From a virus (lineage: Duplodnaviria > Caudoviricetes): a stretch of 57,663 bases of DNA. The notes below the pieces were generated by a model. The model was not told the DNA's origin, ran no database searches, and worked only from the letters and a program-made list of their open reading frames with translations. The stretch spans positions 1-57,663 of IMG/VR virus record IMGVR_UViG_3300030331_004162, one strand, 5' to 3'. This document shows positions 8,118 to 15,775 of this stretch, piece by piece. A program made the translations under genes and the position numbers. Numbering within the stretch: position 1 is the first letter of the stretch; every line of letters starts with the position of its first letter.

Positions 8118-8457
8118 TTGGTCAGCCACACGCTTAGAATCCAGAGCCACCTTGGGTGTGCCGGATGTCTTGATCATGGACAATCAGGGTGATTGGCACA
8201 TGATTGAACTGAAGACCACAGCCAACATGAGCGTTGATATGTCCCCTCACCAAGTTGCCTTCTTGACTAAACACGCGAGGGGCAGTGTTTGGATAGCCGT
8301 CAAACTGACCAGCGCCACAGGCCATGAGGTATTTCTTTATCGCGGTGAGCGGGCAGTGGACGTAAAGCTAGAGGGATTACGAGCTACACCGGATAAACAC
8401 TTCAGTTTCCCTGTTTCCTACAGGGAGGTCCTCACAAGTATTGCAAGTATGCGCTGA
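8023..8457 (+). CDS. PD-(D/E)xK nuclease, Holliday junction resolvase/VRR-NUC-like
   Basis: EASFW...GVPDVL...IELK...SPHQVAF. Confidence 0.8.
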   Translation: MDILDGKPKTKKQREASFWQSLKKAMRDNFPDWSATRLESRATLGVPDVLIMDNQGDWHMIELKTTANMSVDMSPHQVAFLTKHARGSVWIAVKLTSATGHEVFLYRGERAVDVKLEGLRATPDKHFSFPVSYREVLTSIASMR

Positions 8458-8506
8458 CCCGCATATAGTGGCGGTGGGCAATGTTGCCCGTTACTTGGAG
8501 AAAACA
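8441..8506 (+). promoter_or_regulatory. cassette 1 promoter, operator-like palindrome, 5' hairpin and SD
   Basis: TTGCAA-N17-TATAGT; TATGCG-N6-CGCATA palindrome; GGGCAA-TG-TTGCCC hairpin; TTGGAGAAAAC. Confidence 0.7.
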
Positions 8507-8992
8507 ATGAAAGCAAAAGACATAAACCGCGCCATCGATACGCTAAGGGCGTATTGCGCTGACTTGCAGTACTGGAAGGATTGTGGCCCCGAACACTGGA
8601 TATCGTGCACGTGTGGCACACCTGCTCCGTATTTAAACGAAAGAGTTCACGGTCTGAAAGCTCACGCTGAGTCTGTCGATAAAGCAGAGTCCTTTATGAA
8701 GGATTACATTGCTGACGTTCAACAGGCGATCGATGACCTGACCCAATTGAAGGAAACGCAGTCAGGTGAAACAAAGGTCTACGAGCTTTTCAAGTCCTAC
8801 ACCGTCTCTGAGGTCTATCACGTCCCTGCTGACTCTCTCGAGCAGGCTATTGAGATCATGGACTACGACCACAAGCGTAAGGAATACGATGGCGACTATG
8901 ACACTCACCCTGATGGCACAGATGTTGTGACCGGAGGCGGCGAATGGACTCGCGAGGAGTATGAAGCTGAGTATGGGGAGATCGAGTCATGA
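8507..8992 (+). CDS. hypothetical acidic protein
   Basis: ATG after the TTGGAGAAAAC SD. Confidence 0.75.
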   Translation: MKAKDINRAIDTLRAYCADLQYWKDCGPEHWISCTCGTPAPYLNERVHGLKAHAESVDKAESFMKDYIADVQQAIDDLTQLKETQSGETKVYELFKSYTVSEVYHVPADSLEQAIEIMDYDHKRKEYDGDYDTHPDGTDVVTGGGEWTREEYEAEYGEIES

Positions 8993-9168
8993 GAGCAGAA
9001 TTGCTGACAAAAACGAACGAAGAATTGCTGACAAAAATGTTTCGGTGTCTGCTGAAGAACGTCAAAAATCTGACGGGCAATGAATATGCCTATGATGATG
9101 AAGTGGGCGACAGCGTATCTTTGGAAGACTGTGAATCCATGCTTTTACGTTTGGAGGATAAGTCATGA
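8989..9168 (+). CDS. hypothetical protein (59 aa)
   Basis: Own translation MRAELLTKTNEELLTKMFR...; ATGA-coupled at both ends; short internal duplication. Confidence 0.6.
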   Translation: MRAELLTKTNEELLTKMFRCLLKNVKNLTGNEYAYDDEVGDSVSLEDCESMLLRLEDKS

Positions 9169-9416
9169 GCCTGATCACATTGTGGACTGTGGAGTCCGGA
9201 GAGAAGTGCCGGTGGTTTGTTACCGAGAAAGCCGCGAGGCTCTATGCCCATGACACGTGGTTGAAGGAGGAAGATGGTGTGCCTTTTGTTAGCCACAAGG
9301 TCATCTGGGACGATCTGGAGTTGTGTGAGATTCTGAATCACATTGAGGGCTTTACCGAAGTGGGCGAGTCGCAGTTAGGGGCTTATCCACCAATTGATTT
9401 CAAGCGGCTCGTATGA
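9165..9416 (+). CDS. hypothetical protein
   Basis: GGAGG SD; ATGA coupling. Confidence 0.7.
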   Translation: MSLITLWTVESGEKCRWFVTEKAARLYAHDTWLKEEDGVPFVSHKVIWDDLELCEILNHIEGFTEVGESQLGAYPPIDFKRLV

Positions 9417-9601
9417 TTTTTCTTTTGGGCTGGCTCGAGAAAAGGTTGAAAGTGCCGGACGTAGAGCCAAAACAACAGCCGTATTTTCGTTACCCCATGC
9501 CGGACCCGTATCACGGGTTCTTTGAAACCAAAGATCGGACAGGCGTAGACGGTGGGACAGATCCGGAGGAAGAAATTCCGGAGCCAGACTCAGACCCGTA
9601 G
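9413..9601 (+). CDS. hypothetical protein
   Basis: ATGA coupling; ends before a terminator. Confidence 0.55.
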   Translation: MIFLLGWLEKRLKVPDVEPKQQPYFRYPMPDPYHGFFETKDRTGVDGGTDPEEEIPEPDSDP

Positions 9602-9612
9602 ACACGTCTCTT

Positions 9613-9636
9613 AACCCCGCCCCAGCGGGGTTTTTT
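9613..9636 (+). terminator. intrinsic terminator (CCCCGC family)
   Basis: AACCCCGC-ccca-GCGGGGTTTTTT. Confidence 0.85.
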
Positions 9637-9682
9637 ATGCCTATAGAAATTTTTAAAAAAACTGTTGTCCTGCACGTCTCTG

Positions 9683-9735
9683 TATGCGATAGTGGCTATG
9701 CGGCAATCCTGCCGCGTTTGCTTTGGAGAGCAATT
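9683..9735 (+). promoter_or_regulatory. cassette 2 leader
   Basis: TATGCGATAGT, hairpin GCGGCA-atcc-TGCCGC, CTTTGGAG SD. Confidence 0.7.
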
Positions 9736-10869
9736 ATGCAAAATTCAATTGAAAACTCAGACCAGACCCTGACCCGTTTGCTTCAACAGGTACAGGATCA
9801 AGCCGCCAGATCGCAGGACTTTCTGGCCCCGACGAATCAGCTTCAGCTTGTGACCGGTGATGCGGGTGACGGTAGCAAAGTCAGTCAGATCATCATGGAG
9901 CAGACAGGGGGTGCACCTACCCAAATTCTGTCCGCTAATGATGTGGCGTTTGATCAGATCAGCCAGCGGGCCGGTATTGATGTCCGGACTGCCCGCCGCC
10001 TTCAGCAGGATTATTCCGCTGAATTTGATGGCCTGATCAATGCTATCTGGCAGAAGGAACCGGCGGTGCGAATGATTCGTTCATTCCAGCACACTGATAA
10101 CGCGGGCACGGCTCGAGCGTTTGTCAGCGATAAGTTTAAGACATTCGACAATGTGCACCTGTTGAATTCGGCCCTGCCCGAGCTAATGGAAAGTGACGCC
10201 CAGTGGCAAGTGGTAAACGGCACGGTGACTGATAAGCGCCTGTACCTCCGCCTGAAGTCTGCGGTCATTACGGGTGAGGGCGCGGCGGTGGGCGACATCA
10301 TGGCGCTTGGCATTGGCATGAGTAACAGCGAGGTCGGGTGCGGTAGCGTCAACGTGTATCAAATGCACTGGACGCTGGCCTGCTTAAATGGATTGCAGAC
10401 CGAAAAGCGTACCCGCAAGTCTCACATCACTGGCGCTCGAGGCGATGCTGATACGTGGGGCCTACTGACGGACGAAGCAAAGGATGCGGATAATCATGCG
10501 CTGGCGCTTCAAATGCGGGACGTTACCGCGGCGTATGCCAGCCGTGAGTCATTTGACGAAGTGCTGGAAAAGATGAAAACCGCGCACGATGACAAAGTCG
10601 AGGGCTCGCCGCAGTCGGCAGTTGAGGCCATGGGCAAAGTGCTGGCGCTTACTAAAAAGGATACCGCCAGTTTAATGGACGGCCTGCTGGCCACTATCGG
10701 GCAGTCAGGTTATGCCGGTCAGCCGGTTACCCGTGCCACTATGGTAAACGCGGTTACAGCGGTAGCGCATACCGCGGACGCTGACAGTGTGGACGATTGG
10801 CAAAAGCTTGGCGGGCGCGTGTTGGATCTGCCCCGCTCCGATTGGCAACGTGTGGCGATGGCGGCTTAA
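9736..10869 (+). CDS. DUF932-like phage/plasmid protein
   Basis: SDKFKTFDN...RLYLR...NSEVGCGSV...LACLNG...H pattern; start reassigned to the ATG after the SD. Confidence 0.7.
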   Translation: MQNSIENSDQTLTRLLQQVQDQAARSQDFLAPTNQLQLVTGDAGDGSKVSQIIMEQTGGAPTQILSANDVAFDQISQRAGIDVRTARRLQQDYSAEFDGLINAIWQKEPAVRMIRSFQHTDNAGTARAFVSDKFKTFDNVHLLNSALPELMESDAQWQVVNGTVTDKRLYLRLKSAVITGEGAAVGDIMALGIGMSNSEVGCGSVNVYQMHWTLACLNGLQTEKRTRKSHITGARGDADTWGLLTDEAKDADNHALALQMRDVTAAYASRESFDEVLEKMKTAHDDKVEGSPQSAVEAMGKVLALTKKDTASLMDGLLATIGQSGYAGQPVTRATMVNAVTAVAHTADADSVDDWQKLGGRVLDLPRSDWQRVAMAA

Positions 10870-10870
10870 A

Positions 10871-11038
10871 GTGGCCGCTTATCGCGTGGAAGTAGTGCAA
10901 ACCAGTGTTTTTTATTTTGAGGCAGATAATCCTGAGCAGGCGCGTCAGATCGCTACCGAGGATTTTATCTGGGACGAAGATCAGGATGCCCCTAACAGCT
11001 ACGGCGTCCACTTCAACATTTTTGAGATAGAAGACTGA
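10871..11038 (+). CDS. small acidic protein, DpnD/PcfM-like
   Basis: YRVEVVQTSVFYFEADNPEQARQIA pattern; GTG start right after the upstream stop. Confidence 0.55.
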   Translation: MAAYRVEVVQTSVFYFEADNPEQARQIATEDFIWDEDQDAPNSYGVHFNIFEIED

Positions 11039-11056
11039 TTTAACACTCCAAAGTGT

Positions 11057-11082
11057 GCCCCGCTCCGGCGGGGCTTTTTTTT
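11057..11082 (+). terminator. intrinsic terminator (CCCCGC family)
   Basis: GCCCCGC-tccg-GCGGGGC followed by T8. Confidence 0.9.
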
Positions 11083-11090
11083 GTCTGCTG

Positions 11091-11143
11091 TATGCGATAG
11101 TCTAAGCGGGCCGCGATTGGCGGCGACTTTGGAGAATACAAAA
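11091..11143 (+). promoter_or_regulatory. cassette 3 leader
   Basis: TATGCGATAGT, hairpin GCCGC-gattg-GCGGC, ACTTTGGAGAA. Confidence 0.7.
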
Positions 11144-11839
11144 ATGCAACTATTAGATACTCGGGGCGCGAACCCCAAACTGAAAAAAACCGGCAAGGCG
11201 GCCCCGTTCCGCTATGCGGGGTTATCGCTTTATCCGGATAACATACTTTGCGCGGGAGCGAAGGCGGCGGGTTGTATGGATTGGTGCTTAGTAAATGAGG
11301 GCCGCGGGCGGTTCGATAACGTGCGAGAGGCGCGCCAGCGTAAGGCGGCATATTTGCATAATGATCGTGCGGGGTTTCTCGAGCAATTGCACCGTGAGTT
11401 ATCTAACTTCACAAAGCTTTGTGAGCGCACTGGCGAGCGTGGCGCGGTCCGGCTTAATGTTGTCTCGGATGTTAAGTGGGAACGGTACGGGATACCGCAA
11501 GCGCACCCCGAGCTTCTGTTTGTTGACTATTCAAAGCAAGCGGCGAGACTTGGAAAAACCCCCGATAACTACAAGCTCATTTTCAGCTATAGCGGGCGGC
11601 CCCAATACCGAAACCAAAACCGGCGGGCTTTCCAAACGGACGCCCCCGTGGCGGTAGTTTTTCGGGGCGGGTTTCCGCGGATGTTCCGCGGGCGGCCCGT
11701 GATAGACGGGGACCGAGATGACATCGCCAATGCTTTTGCTACTGGTCAGATAGTCGGGCTAACCCCAAAAGGATCGGCCCGCAACGATCGGTCCGGTTTT
11801 GTAGTGGATAACCCCGATTTGATAGGGGCCGCGTCATGA
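11144..11839 (+). CDS. gene product 88 (Gp88)-family protein, Cys-cluster/radical-SAM-like
   Basis: C-x7-C-x3-C, VRLNVVSDVKWE, DYSK, IFSYS, VAVVF, VIDGDRDD, GLTPKG, SGFVV. Confidence 0.8.
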   Translation: MQLLDTRGANPKLKKTGKAAPFRYAGLSLYPDNILCAGAKAAGCMDWCLVNEGRGRFDNVREARQRKAAYLHNDRAGFLEQLHRELSNFTKLCERTGERGAVRLNVVSDVKWERYGIPQAHPELLFVDYSKQAARLGKTPDNYKLIFSYSGRPQYRNQNRRAFQTDAPVAVVFRGGFPRMFRGRPVIDGDRDDIANAFATGQIVGLTPKGSARNDRSGFVVDNPDLIGAAS

Positions 11840-12075
11840 TGCGCGATTACGAGATGTTTTCTACGGTCTCCCGAAAAGATAACCCGAGCCCCGAAGAATT
11901 AGAAAACGCGGTGCGGGTTTATATTGATCACGTACAAAATCAATCCCCCATTGTCGGCACGTCTCATTTTACCTACGGGTATATGATGAAGCGGTACGGG
12001 GAAGCTTTCCAAACTGCGCTCGATGCGTACTTTGATAGCCTGCCCCCGCCCACCATAGTGATAGGGACCGACTAA
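11836..12075 (+). CDS. hypothetical protein
   Basis: ATGA coupling; followed by a terminator. Confidence 0.65.
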   Translation: MMRDYEMFSTVSRKDNPSPEELENAVRVYIDHVQNQSPIVGTSHFTYGYMMKRYGEAFQTALDAYFDSLPPPTIVIGTD

Positions 12076-12081
12076 AACCAA

Positions 12082-12106
12082 GCCCCGCCTCGGCGGGGTT
12101 TTTTTT
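12082..12106 (+). terminator. intrinsic terminator (CCCCGC family)
   Basis: GCCCCGC-ctcg-GCGGGGT followed by a T run. Confidence 0.9.
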
Positions 12107-12116
12107 ATCCGCCATA

Positions 12117-12169
12117 TATGCGAGAGTATGCGCTGCCGTAATGTTGCGGCGACTTTGGAGAATAGAACC
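12117..12169 (+). promoter_or_regulatory. cassette 4 leader
   Basis: TATGCGAGAGT, hairpin GCCGTAATGTTGCGGC, ACTTTGGAGAATAGAACC. Confidence 0.72.
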
Positions 12170-12307
12170 ATGGCTAAAGCTTGGAGAAAAAAAGGGAAGC
12201 GGGCGCGGCAGGAGCGCGCCCTTGCGCGACTGTTAGCAAAGCCCACGCATACCGGTCGGGACTTGGTGGATATTGCTAACCTGAAAAAGTGTCTCGGGGT
12301 TTCATGA
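12170..12307 (+). CDS. small basic protein (45 aa)
   Basis: Own translation MAKAWRKKGKRARQERALARLL...; strong SD; ATGA-coupled to the next gene. Confidence 0.65.
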   Translation: MAKAWRKKGKRARQERALARLLAKPTHTGRDLVDIANLKKCLGVS

Positions 12308-12528
12308 TGCGGTGCGAAAACAAAGTAGCGCAGACTTATTACCCCGCCCTTGATCCCTTCCCCCGCACCATTGAATTGCCGTGCGGGTCTACATCAATAC
12401 ATGGGGGCACACTGGTCTGCGAAGACTGCCAGAGTAAGCACTATGCCGGTTGGCCGGACCGATGCCCGCACGGGGTGCCGGTTCAACCGTGGGATGGCTA
12501 CTGCCCCGCTTGTGAGTTTGGGGAGTAG
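12304..12528 (+). CDS. small Cys-rich (Zn-binding) protein
   Basis: C..CGST..CEDC..CPHG..CPAC. Confidence 0.65.
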   Translation: MMRCENKVAQTYYPALDPFPRTIELPCGSTSIHGGTLVCEDCQSKHYAGWPDRCPHGVPVQPWDGYCPACEFGE

Positions 12529-12543
12529 CAACCCCCGCCGACT

Positions 12544-12570
12544 AACCCCGCCTCGAGCGGGGTTTTTTTT
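12544..12570 (+). terminator. intrinsic terminator (CCCCGC family)
   Basis: AACCCCGC-ctcga-GCGGGG followed by T8. Confidence 0.9.
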
Positions 12571-12580
12571 GACCGCGGGG

Positions 12581-12634
12581 TATGCGACACTAGCCGTGCC
12601 GTAATGTTGCGGCGAATCTTTGGAGAATAGAACC
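12581..12634 (+). promoter_or_regulatory. cassette 5 leader
   Basis: TATGCGACACT, hairpin GCCGTAATGTTGCGGC, CTTTGGAGAATAGAACC (near-identical to cassette 4). Confidence 0.72.
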
Positions 12635-13018
12635 ATGTCAATACGTGTTGATTTGAGCCAAGACCAAGAGGTCGAAGTTACTGCGACTTTTGAAGTGTGC
12701 GACGAAGTCCCTGATTATGTTAGGGCGGACAATGCAGAAGATATCTTGGAGTTAATGAACGATAGCAATATCAATATGGCCGAAGTTATCGAGGCCGCCG
12801 TGTTAAATGGGGTTGATATGCCCGAGGCACATTCCGTTACTTTTGACAATGTGATGGCCTTTCTGGACGGCCGCGGTCCCGAGGGTGATCAATACATCAA
12901 AATTATCGGTAGCGCGTTAGTCGGTCTGCGCTTGGATCTCGAGAACACGGAGCGAGCGAATATTCAGTTGCGCGAGACTATCGATAGAATGTCCGCGGCT
13001 GATCAGAAAACCGCCTGA
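12635..13018 (+). CDS. hypothetical acidic protein
   Basis: ATG after the SD; single-gene cassette. Confidence 0.72.
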   Translation: MSIRVDLSQDQEVEVTATFEVCDEVPDYVRADNAEDILELMNDSNINMAEVIEAAVLNGVDMPEAHSVTFDNVMAFLDGRGPEGDQYIKIIGSALVGLRLDLENTERANIQLRETIDRMSAADQKTA

Positions 13019-13037
13019 GCAATTCCGGCTATCTTTT

Positions 13038-13063
13038 ACCCCGCCTCGAGCGGGGTTTTTTTT
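13038..13063 (+). terminator. intrinsic terminator (CCCCGC family)
   Basis: ACCCCGC-ctcga-GCGGGG followed by T8. Confidence 0.9.
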
Positions 13064-13073
13064 GTCTGGCTTT

Positions 13074-13128
13074 TATCGCATACTGCGCTTGCCGCAATGT
13101 CGCGGTAAACATTTTGGAGACAGACACT
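13074..13128 (+). promoter_or_regulatory. cassette 6 leader
   Basis: TATCGCATACT, hairpin GCCGCAATGTCGCGGT, TTTTGGAGA. Confidence 0.65.
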
Positions 13129-13374
13129 ATGTCGAATAACTTTCAAAACGAGCTAGAGCATGTTGGCGTTGCCAAGACCCGCGTCTGGGAACTGGCCACC
13201 GCCGCCGATCGAATCCACACTGCAGTCTGCGCGCTGGATATCCAGAACCGAAAGGTACTGGCAAAGCATTACCCCGCCTTCCTGCAAGTCGCGGAAGAAT
13301 TCGCGAAATTCGATGACACTCTGCTGGCGGAAATGGGCGTAAAGTTTAAGCGCGCTAAGGGCGGCAAATCATGA
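13129..13374 (+). CDS. hypothetical protein
   Basis: ATG after the SD. Confidence 0.7.
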   Translation: MSNNFQNELEHVGVAKTRVWELATAADRIHTAVCALDIQNRKVLAKHYPAFLQVAEEFAKFDDTLLAEMGVKFKRAKGGKS

Positions 13375-13613
13375 TCCGGATCGCACCGATTGATCAGATA
13401 CACGGCGACATGATTGTGTGGGTCTGCGTTAAACGTCTGGGCGACTTTAAACCGATTGATGGCGGGGAGTACGTGGTTCAGAAAACGCGCAAGGCACAGC
13501 CGCTGATATACCGAGCGGTTAACCGTAGGCTGAAGCCCACGGGGGACACGCTGGCGCGGTGGGGGTTCTTTGATGGCCCCGAAGATGTGATCCGCATACC
13601 CGCCCGCCGCTGA
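13371..13613 (+). CDS. hypothetical protein
   Basis: ATGA coupling; followed by a terminator. Confidence 0.65.
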   Translation: MIRIAPIDQIHGDMIVWVCVKRLGDFKPIDGGEYVVQKTRKAQPLIYRAVNRRLKPTGDTLARWGFFDGPEDVIRIPARR

Positions 13614-13633
13614 CCAGTAGCGGCCACCACTGG

Positions 13634-13661
13634 ACCCCGCCCTCGAGGCGGGGTTTTTTTT
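13634..13661 (+). terminator. intrinsic terminator (CCCCGC family)
   Basis: ACCCCGCC-ctcga-GGCGGGG followed by T8. Confidence 0.9.
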
Positions 13662-13829
13662 GCCTGCCGTCTCCGACACTTTTTGCTTCCAGACCGGGCG
13701 ACCGTTCGGCAGCAAAACCTGGCGTCTCATACCCCCGCGAGCCTAGTGTTTACGCCATTCTGTTTCGCCGTTTTTGCACTAATCGCGAAAACGCATTCTC
13801 GAAACCACTTCAACTTGCACACGTAACAA

Positions 13830-14045
13830 CTGGCGCGGGGTCCGCGCCCCGAGCACCGCCCGAAACGTACCGCGCCCCCTGCCGCCGGTCCCATGGGCCG
13901 CGGCCCGCGGGCCGTTGCCGTTGTCATGACGCCCCGCGCCCCGTGGGCCGCGGTCCGCGGGACCCAGTCCCCGATCGCGTCAGCGGGCCGTGGGCCGCGA
14001 TTTTTGGCGAATTTTCCGCGAAACGCGCCCGCGCCTAAGCAAGCG
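13830..14045. repeat. very GC-rich non-coding tract of short CCG(C/T)GG-based repeats upstream of terL
   Basis: CCATGGGCCGCGGCCCGCGGGCCG, CCGTGGGCCGCGGTCCGCGGG and GCGGGCCGTGGGCCGCG, followed by A/T tracts. Confidence 0.55.
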
Positions 14046-14096
14046 GCAACTAATGCCATGTTTCTCACGAACAACAGAACAGAAAAACGATATCGA

Positions 14097-14112
14097 TGTT
14101 CCACGTGGAACA
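14097..14112. promoter_or_regulatory. parS: parS centromere-like site 1 (intergenic)
   Basis: Perfect palindrome TGTTCCACGTGGAACA. Confidence 0.85.
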
Positions 14113-14291
14113 ATTTTTTCGGAAAAAACCCGTAAGCCCCGAGCCGAGGTCCCTGAAACGTGTTACGGTTCAAAAAAAACGCGTACAGGAGTCCCAGAGC
14201 TTCAAAAATTTTGCAAAAAATTGAGAGCTACCGGATCGCATATATGTTTATAATTGAAGTGAGTACTTACTAACCCCGAGAGCTAGTGTTT

Positions 14292-15770
14292 ATGCGGAGT
14301 AATGGTTCTAGTTTTGAGTCTTTAGAGGAAGCGGAAGAGAAGATTCTGAAGCTCGAATACCGGCTGGCGCAGATTGAGCAGGTTGAGTCGTGTCAGAGAG
14401 ACTATTTGAGCTTTGTCCGGACGATGTGGCCCGAGTTTATTGCGGGTCGGCACCACAAGATCATGGCCGAGAAGCTTGAGCGAGTGGCCAGTGGGGAGTT
14501 GAAGCGGTTGATCATCAACATGCCGCCGCGTCACACGAAGTCTGAGTTTGCGAGTTTCCTGTTTCCGGCTTGGATGATTGGTAAAAACCCTGCAATGAAG
14601 ATTATTCAGGCTACGCACACCACGGAACTTGCGGTCAACTTTGGCCGGAAGATCAAGAATCTGCTGGAGAGAGATGATTATCTGGAGATTTTCCCTGATG
14701 CGGCGCTTTCTGCTGACTCGAAGGCGTCCGGTAGGTGGGACACGGCCCGTGGTGGTATGTATTACGGCGTAGGTGTGGGGTCAAACTTGGCGGGACGTGG
14801 TGGTGATTTGATCATTATTGACGATCCGCACTCTGAGCAGACGGCGATGTCGCTGAGTGGCTTTGATGATGCATGGGATTGGTACACAGGTGGTCCTCGA
14901 CAGCGTTTGCAACCGGGCGGGGCCATCATTGTGGTGATGACGAGGTGGTCAGAGAAGGATTTGACGGGTCAATTGATCCGGGCACAGGGTCGCGATGAGT
15001 TAGCGGACACTTGGGAAGTCATTGAGTTCCCGATGGAGATGCCTTCTGGGCAACCTTTGTGGCCGGAGTTCTGGTCATTTGAGGAAATGCAGGCGGTAAA
15101 GGGATCAATTCCCTTGCCCAAGTGGAATGCCCAGTACCAGCAGAACCCTACTGGTGATGAAAACGCGATTATCAAGCGCGAGTGGTGGAATGTGTGGGAT
15201 AAACAGCAGATTCCGCAGTTGCAATACGTGATTCAGAGCTATGACACGGCTTTTTCCAAGAATACGCGGGCGGATTACAGTGCGATTACGACTTGGGGCG
15301 TGTTTTATCCTGAAGAAGGCACGGTTGCGGGGCTAATTTTGCTGGATGCAAAGAAAGGGCGCTGGGATTTCCCTGAATTGAAGCAAGTTGCGATGGAATC
15401 CTACAAATTTTGGGAGCCTGAGACGGTAATTATTGAGGCAAAGGCGAGTGGTATGCCTTTGACCCACGAACTACGGAACATGGGCATCCCTGTGGTAAAC
15501 TTTACGCCGAGTCGCGGTAACGATAAGGTATCGCGAGTACACAGTGTTTCTCCGCTTTTTGAAAGCGGGATGATTTGGGCACCGGATGAGTCTTGGGCGC
15601 ACGATGTGATAGAAGAGTGTGCGGCGTTCCCTAATGGGGAGTATGATGACTTGGTAGACAGCACCACGCAGGCGTTGATGCGATACCGACAGGGTAACTT
15701 TGTTCAGTTGCCATCAGATTATTGGGAAGATGAGAGTGCGAATCTTCGGCCAATGCAATATTACGGGTAG
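14292..15770 (+). CDS. terL: terminase large subunit
   Basis: MPPRHTKS Walker A variant, IIIDDPH Walker B, SYDTA and DDLVDSTTQAL nuclease motifs. Confidence 0.95.
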   Translation: MRSNGSSFESLEEAEEKILKLEYRLAQIEQVESCQRDYLSFVRTMWPEFIAGRHHKIMAEKLERVASGELKRLIINMPPRHTKSEFASFLFPAWMIGKNPAMKIIQATHTTELAVNFGRKIKNLLERDDYLEIFPDAALSADSKASGRWDTARGGMYYGVGVGSNLAGRGGDLIIIDDPHSEQTAMSLSGFDDAWDWYTGGPRQRLQPGGAIIVVMTRWSEKDLTGQLIRAQGRDELADTWEVIEFPMEMPSGQPLWPEFWSFEEMQAVKGSIPLPKWNAQYQQNPTGDENAIIKREWWNVWDKQQIPQLQYVIQSYDTAFSKNTRADYSAITTWGVFYPEEGTVAGLILLDAKKGRWDFPELKQVAMESYKFWEPETVIIEAKASGMPLTHELRNMGIPVVNFTPSRGNDKVSRVHSVSPLFESGMIWAPDESWAHDVIEECAAFPNGEYDDLVDSTTQALMRYRQGNFVQLPSDYWEDESANLRPMQYYG

Positions 15771-15775
15771 ATCTT

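Noticed and set aside
9637-9735. Extended N-termini given by the ORF track for 9637, 8441, 11081, 12620, 13114, 53867 and 54421
   Set aside because: They run through promoter/leader elements or upstream genes; downstream ATGs have clear SD sequences.
9613-13661. CRISPR array or integron attC array
   Set aside because: The repeats are terminators and leaders separated by whole genes of variable length; no cas gene, integron integrase or attC R/L boxes.
13727-14253. ORFs in the GC-rich block (13727-14173 minus, 13893-14135 and 13990-14253 plus)
   Set aside because: Low-complexity Arg/Gly/Pro/Ala translations of repeats, mutually overlapping, with no SD.
14233-14260. dif-like site (GGATCGCATATATG...)
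   Set aside because: It resembles only the XerC arm; the conserved XerD arm TTATGTTAAAT is absent. It is better explained by the TATGCGA box.
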